Program-made: the position numbers and the translations under genes | The notes under the pieces: generated by a model | What the model was told of the DNA's origin: nothing | Databases searched by the model: none | What the model saw: the letters and a program-made list of their open reading frames with translations, nothing else | NCBI GenBank assembly: GCA_043822785.1 | Contig: JBDRBN010000083.1 | Location: forward strand, 1-21,023 | Origin: Pseudomonadota bacterium | GTDB lineage: Bacteria; UBA10199; 2-02-FULL-44-16; JAAZCA01 | DNA: 21,023 nucleotides | Direction of reading: 5' to 3' | Shown here: one piece after another, positions 17,661 to 21,023 of the stretch | How positions within the stretch are numbered: the stretch's first letter is position 1 | Layout of the letters: each line of letters opens with the position of its first letter

Positions 17661-18686
17661 CTAATCCGACTTCAGTTCTTCTATGTAATCGGCCAGATCC
17701 TTTACGCGCACATACCATGTCTTGCCTTTTTTCTGTCCCTTTATTTTTCCCCGATTGATTAAGTTTCGAAGATAGTCCGGGCAATAATTATAGAGGTGCG
17801 AAAGATCGCTAAGGGGCAATAAGGCTTCTTTGTCGACATGCTCGATATCGATTTCCTTTAGGCGGGAGACTGAGTCCTCAAGCGATTCAACGACGATAGC
17901 TGTAAACTCGTCAAAATTTTTCTTATGTATGAGCTTATCCACGTCCGCTACTTTGAATTTATCGCCATTCTCGATCCGTCTGTGCATTGACTCTAAGTCG
18001 TCATCCGCTTTCTCCAGCGATTCGTAATAATGATTTCGATCCTTTTTAGACACTCCCTTGATTGCAACGTTGATATATCCGCAGCCTATCAACAAATACG
18101 ACAGCAATATCCTACCCGACCGTCCGTTGCCGTCACGAAAGGGGTGGATCGATCCAAACCACACATGTGCCATCGCTGCCAGCCTGACCGGGGTATAGGT
18201 TTTTTTGTTCAGATGATGATTGACCCATTTCACCAAAAGTTCCATGGCTTGCCTGACATGGAATTCATTGATCGGAGTGAAGGTCGACATTGTAACGTCC
18301 ACTCTCTTGTTGCGAAATTCTCCAAGCTCGCCATTATAAAAACCCATCTCTTTCTCATAGCGCATGAGCAGAGTATGGATCTGTCTGATATCGGACATGC
18401 GCAGCGAAAACTCTCCCTCCATGTATTGATTGGCCGCATATTCATAGATGGCCGATGCCGATTCGAAGTAACCCAGGATAGCAGCAGTTTTTTGCTTATC
18501 TGTTCGCTTATTCTTCTCGAGAACTTCGATGAGATCGTTTCTGTTTGCAAAAACACCCTCTATCGCGATGGAGTTGCGTATCTCATCCTTGAAGAGCGAA
18601 TACCATTCCACGTTTGAAACCTGGACAAGCCGTCCCCGCTTCTTGCGCAGTTGCGTGACTTCTTTTCTGATATCCGTGGTGTCCAT
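17661..18686 (-). CDS. Fic family protein (class II) with C-terminal excisionase-like HTH
   Basis: Canonical HPFRDGNGRSGR, N-terminal inhibitory motif SIAIEG, C-terminal YLRNLINRGKIKGQKKGKTWYV. Confidence 0.93.
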   Translation of the reverse strand: MDTTDIRKEVTQLRKKRGRLVQVSNVEWYSLFKDEIRNSIAIEGVFANRNDLIEVLEKNKRTDKQKTAAILGYFESASAIYEYAANQYMEGEFSLRMSDIRQIHTLLMRYEKEMGFYNGELGEFRNKRVDVTMSTFTPINEFHVRQAMELLVKWVNHHLNKKTYTPVRLAAMAHVWFGSIHPFRDGNGRSGRILLSYLLIGCGYINVAIKGVSKKDRNHYYESLEKADDDLESMHRRIENGDKFKVADVDKLIHKKNFDEFTAIVVESLEDSVSRLKEIDIEHVDKEALLPLSDLSHLYNYCPDYLRNLINRGKIKGQKKGKTWYVRVKDLADYIEELKSD

Positions 18687-18692
18687 ATATTA

Positions 18693-18943
18693 ACCGAACC
18701 TATCGAACCATGTTTTATTAAATCTTTTTATAATTGCTTGATATTAAAAGTAAAATAATTCGTGCTGTATCGAACTTTTCATATGGTTCGATATTATCAT
18801 AGCAAAAATGTAGGCGATGGCAACCATTGATTTATCAATTACCGAACCTATCGAACCATTAATTCTAGTAAATATAAAAATAGTACTTATATTACAATAT
18901 ATTACAAAACATAACACATCGATCTCTATGGCATGGTTCGATA
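18693..18943. repeat. Two ~100-bp operator-like modules upstream of fic
   Basis: ACCGAACCTATCGAACCAT at 18693-18711 and 18841-18859; inverted box ATGGTTCGATA at 18783-18793 and 18933-18943. Confidence 0.9.
18796..18823 (-). promoter_or_regulatory. Candidate sigma70 promoter for fic
   Basis: Minus strand reads TTGCCA-N16-TATGAT with an extended TGn; it sits between the two modules. Confidence 0.55.
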
Positions 18944-18978
18944 AAGAGCGTTGCTCCGTCTGACGGGCTGTTATCAGT

Positions 18979-19020
18979 CCACCAAACGTGGACCACTTTT
19001 AGTGGACCACTAAAAGTGGA
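18979..19020. promoter_or_regulatory. Three tandem 14-bp palindromic boxes CCAC-N5-GTGGA
   Basis: CCACCAAACGTGGA, CCACTTTTAGTGGA, CCACTAAAAGTGGA; the third overlaps the -35 of the ATPase promoter. Confidence 0.8.
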
Positions 19021-19045
19021 CAGGCCTTTTGGATTTTGCTACCAT
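19017..19045 (+). promoter_or_regulatory. Candidate sigma70 promoter, probably producing a leaderless transcript
   Basis: TGGACA-N17-TACCAT with TGn extension; ATG 19052 follows 6 nt later with no Shine-Dalgarno. Confidence 0.65.
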
Positions 19046-19051
19046 GTTGCC

Positions 19052-20197
19052 ATGGGCAAAAAACAGATAAGGATCTTTCAGTACGACGTCCTCCTGGATA
19101 AGGAGGATATATGCGACCGGGAAAAGGAGATCGCGGCCCTGACAGCTGCGGCAAAGACCGGCAAGAGGGTCATCCTGCTGGCGCCTAGGCGCTACGGCAA
19201 GACCTCGCTGGTCAAGAACGTCGTGGGCTCGGCCATTGCGCATGCCCGCCCAAAACGTCTAGTCCTCGCCGCTGATTTCATGGGCGTGGAGTCGTTGCAT
19301 TCGATCGCCGCTCGCCTAGAACACGGTCTCGGCCAAACTCTCGCCGAATCTTATTCTCCCTCAATTTTATTGAAACGTGCGAAGGACCTCTTCCGAAAGC
19401 TCTCCATGCGAATCGACGTCGATCCCGTGACAGGAGCCCCGTCGGTCGGAATCGGCCTTTCGTCAGGCGACGATCGGAAGAACATACTCACTCTGCTGGA
19501 CAGCATAGTGGAGTTTTCAGAGCAGCAACCGCTGATGTTAATATTCGATGAATTTCAGGATATCGCCTTCGTCCCCGAGGCGGAAGCGATCCTGCGCTCT
19601 TTTTTGCAAAAATTATCCAAGACGTCCGTCTTCATACTGGGCTCCAAGAGACACCTGATGGAGAGGATGCTGGGCAACGCCAACGCGCCTCTCTTTCAAT
19701 ACGGCGACGAGATGCATCTCGAACCGATCCCCTTCGAAGCGTGGAAGCCATACTTTTCGGAAAGGCTAAAGCCGTTCGGAACCGAAATTACGCCAGAGGG
19801 GCTGCGCTATCTGCTGGACCGCATGTGTCAGGTACCGAACGCCATATGCGAACTAGGTGCATGGATACAGGAACGCTGCACCGGCAAGACCCTGGAAGTC
19901 GCGGATGTCGAGATGGCCCTGAACGACATGGTAGAGATGAAACAGGGCTACGTCTATCGCCTGTTCAATATGAGCGAAAGGGAGAAGACCCTTCTTATAA
20001 GCCTGGCCAACAAGGGCTTCGTCTTGGAGCCGCAGGGTGCTGATTTTTTACGTGAACTCAGGATATCCAAGTCAGGGGTCGGGAAAATGCTTCAAAAGCT
20101 TCTCGATGCAGGCATCGTAGAGCAGGAAATTGACAAGGGTTGGCGACTCTCCGATCCCGTCTTTGCTCATTATCTCAGCCGCATGTATTCCGTATAG
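19052..20197 (+). CDS. AAA+ / archaeal-ATPase-family P-loop NTPase with C-terminal winged HTH
   Basis: ICDREKEI, Walker A APRRYGKTS, Walker B LIFDEFQ, ILGSK, and C-terminal SKSGVGKMLQKLLDAGIVE...WRLSDPVF. Confidence 0.9.
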   Translation: MGKKQIRIFQYDVLLDKEDICDREKEIAALTAAAKTGKRVILLAPRRYGKTSLVKNVVGSAIAHARPKRLVLAADFMGVESLHSIAARLEHGLGQTLAESYSPSILLKRAKDLFRKLSMRIDVDPVTGAPSVGIGLSSGDDRKNILTLLDSIVEFSEQQPLMLIFDEFQDIAFVPEAEAILRSFLQKLSKTSVFILGSKRHLMERMLGNANAPLFQYGDEMHLEPIPFEAWKPYFSERLKPFGTEITPEGLRYLLDRMCQVPNAICELGAWIQERCTGKTLEVADVEMALNDMVEMKQGYVYRLFNMSEREKTLLISLANKGFVLEPQGADFLRELRISKSGVGKMLQKLLDAGIVEQEIDKGWRLSDPVFAHYLSRMYSV

Positions 20198-20369
20198 TAT
20201 TTGAATCGCAGAGTTCCAGAGTCACGACACTTAACTCTCTCTGTATCTTCAGAATTTTGAAATAAGTCTCGCGTCCCCAGAATTCCATGCTGGGCCCAAG
20301 GGCAGGAATTGAGTGTTGTGGTTCTGGAATTTCCCGCCCATCCCGATACGGCTCCTCCAGACTTGCCAT

Positions 20370-20516
20370 GAACGGGATGACTGAGATGTTTCTCTCGCTT
20401 CGGCTCCTCGGCTCATTCGCCGCCTCGTCGCCTGCTCATCCGGCGCTGTTATACTTTAGGGCTTGGATCACAGCGCCTCCTGATGCCGCTCGAGAAACAT
20501 CTCAGGCATCCCGTTC
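20370..20516. mobile_element. MITE-like 147-bp element with 25-bp terminal inverted repeats
   Basis: GAACGGGATGACTGAGATGTTTCTC (20370-20394) versus GAGAAACATCTCAGGCATCCCGTTC (20492-20516), 24/25 complementary; inner stem GGCGCTGT/ACAGCGCC; no target duplication seen. Confidence 0.6.
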
Positions 20517-20595
20517 GCAGCATGTGCTTGCGGCGCTGCGCTAGCTGAAAACGAATCCGGCCGCCTGATGTTATTGGAGATAGGCTGATATTTGT

Positions 20596-20665
20596 GAACC
20601 ACCAATAACAAGCTGATTCCTACTGGTAGTTAAGCATACCAGTAGGAATCAGTTTCTTACTGGTA
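20596..20665. repeat. 70-bp palindromic repeat, copy 2
   Basis: Perfect 16-bp stem CTGATTCCTACTGGTA/TACCAGTAGGAATCAG with an 8-nt loop; matches 1160-1229. Confidence 0.9.
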
Positions 20666-20675
20666 TCCCGCCGTC

Positions 20676-20762
20676 CTAAGATTGAAGGATTATGAAGACC
20701 AACATGGCGAGCATTGCCAGCAAAAAACCGATGGCCAACATTCTTTTATGAAAATGTTTCAT
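20676..20762 (-). CDS. Candidate 28-aa single-TM small protein
   Basis: MKHFHKRMLAIGFLLAMLAMLVFIILQS*; basic N-terminus plus a ~19-residue hydrophobic stretch; AGGA 12 nt upstream; below the ORF-track size cutoff. Confidence 0.45.
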   Translation of the reverse strand: MKHFHKRMLAIGFLLAMLAMLVFIILQS

Positions 20763-20872
20763 CGATTGTTAATTTCCTACTACTTCGCTGGGGCATTTTC
20801 CAGAGAAAAGGCGGGCAGGCCCGGCCTCAGAAACTACGGGGGCCGCCTCTGGCCCCTTCATCCTGCAGTAAA

Positions 20873-20900
20873 TCCAATTTCCAATATCTAATTTCCACTG
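20873..20900. repeat. Short heptamer tandem repeat
   Basis: TCCAATT TCCAATA TCTAATT TCCACTG. Confidence 0.55.
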
Positions 20901-20932
20901 CTGTCGCGTTAGAACTGCTTGTTTTTCATGGA

Positions 20933-21018
20933 TGTCATTGCGAGCAAAGCGAAGCAATCCCCTTATAACCTGTGTTTGCGGGAGATTGCTTCGTCGCTAA
21001 ACGCTCCTCGCAATGACA
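20933..21018. repeat. TGTCATTGCGAG-type palindromic repeat (REP/MITE-like), copy 2
   Basis: TGTCATTGCGAG...CTCGCAATGACA perfect 12-bp ends; internal CGAAGCAATC/GATTGCTTCG. Confidence 0.9.
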
Positions 21019-21023
21019 CCTAG

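Noticed and set aside
18827..18838. FNR-like palindrome TTGAT-TT-ATCAA
   Set aside because: The spacer is 2 nt, whereas the FNR consensus needs 4.
18693..18943. Possible CRISPR array
   Set aside because: Only two 19-bp direct repeats about 130 bp apart, with inverted boxes and no cas genes.
19016..19051. ORF-track GTG start for the ATPase
   Set aside because: It lies inside the operator and promoter; ATG 19052 fits better.
1160..20665. 70-bp direct repeats as attL/attR of a 19-kb island
   Set aside because: No integrase, the interval includes housekeeping genes, and the copies are palindromic and about 14% diverged, which fits a dispersed repeat better.
20770..20870. Known riboswitch upstream of the small ORF
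   Set aside because: I could not match conserved motifs of any riboswitch class; an Rfam scan would be needed.

Overview
Bacterial chromosomal window, probably from an uncultured delta-proteobacteria-like lineage (inference only). Left to right: tRNA-Glu(CTC) followed by an interrupted partial copy of itself; a small lipoprotein; a YrbG-type Ca2+/cation antiporter fused to a PGPGW domain; an AT-rich two-gene ammonia-assimilation unit (archaeal-type asparagine synthetase plus glnA); two paralogous ~690-aa IPT/TIG lipoproteins flanking a flavoprotein and a GNAT-like orphan; a DUF192 lipoprotein; a pckA-sdhCAB-like operon; a divergent Fic-HTH / AAA+ ATPase-wHTH pair with operator-like repeats; and a cluster of palindromic repeats at the right end. 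The most striking observation is that the full-length SdhCAB homologue has lost the covalent-FAD His, most dicarboxylate-binding residues and one axial His of each heme, while keeping its Fe-S cysteines. It looks like a repurposed or pseudo-enzyme complex II. All protein family calls come from motif recognition by eye; no database searches were run.
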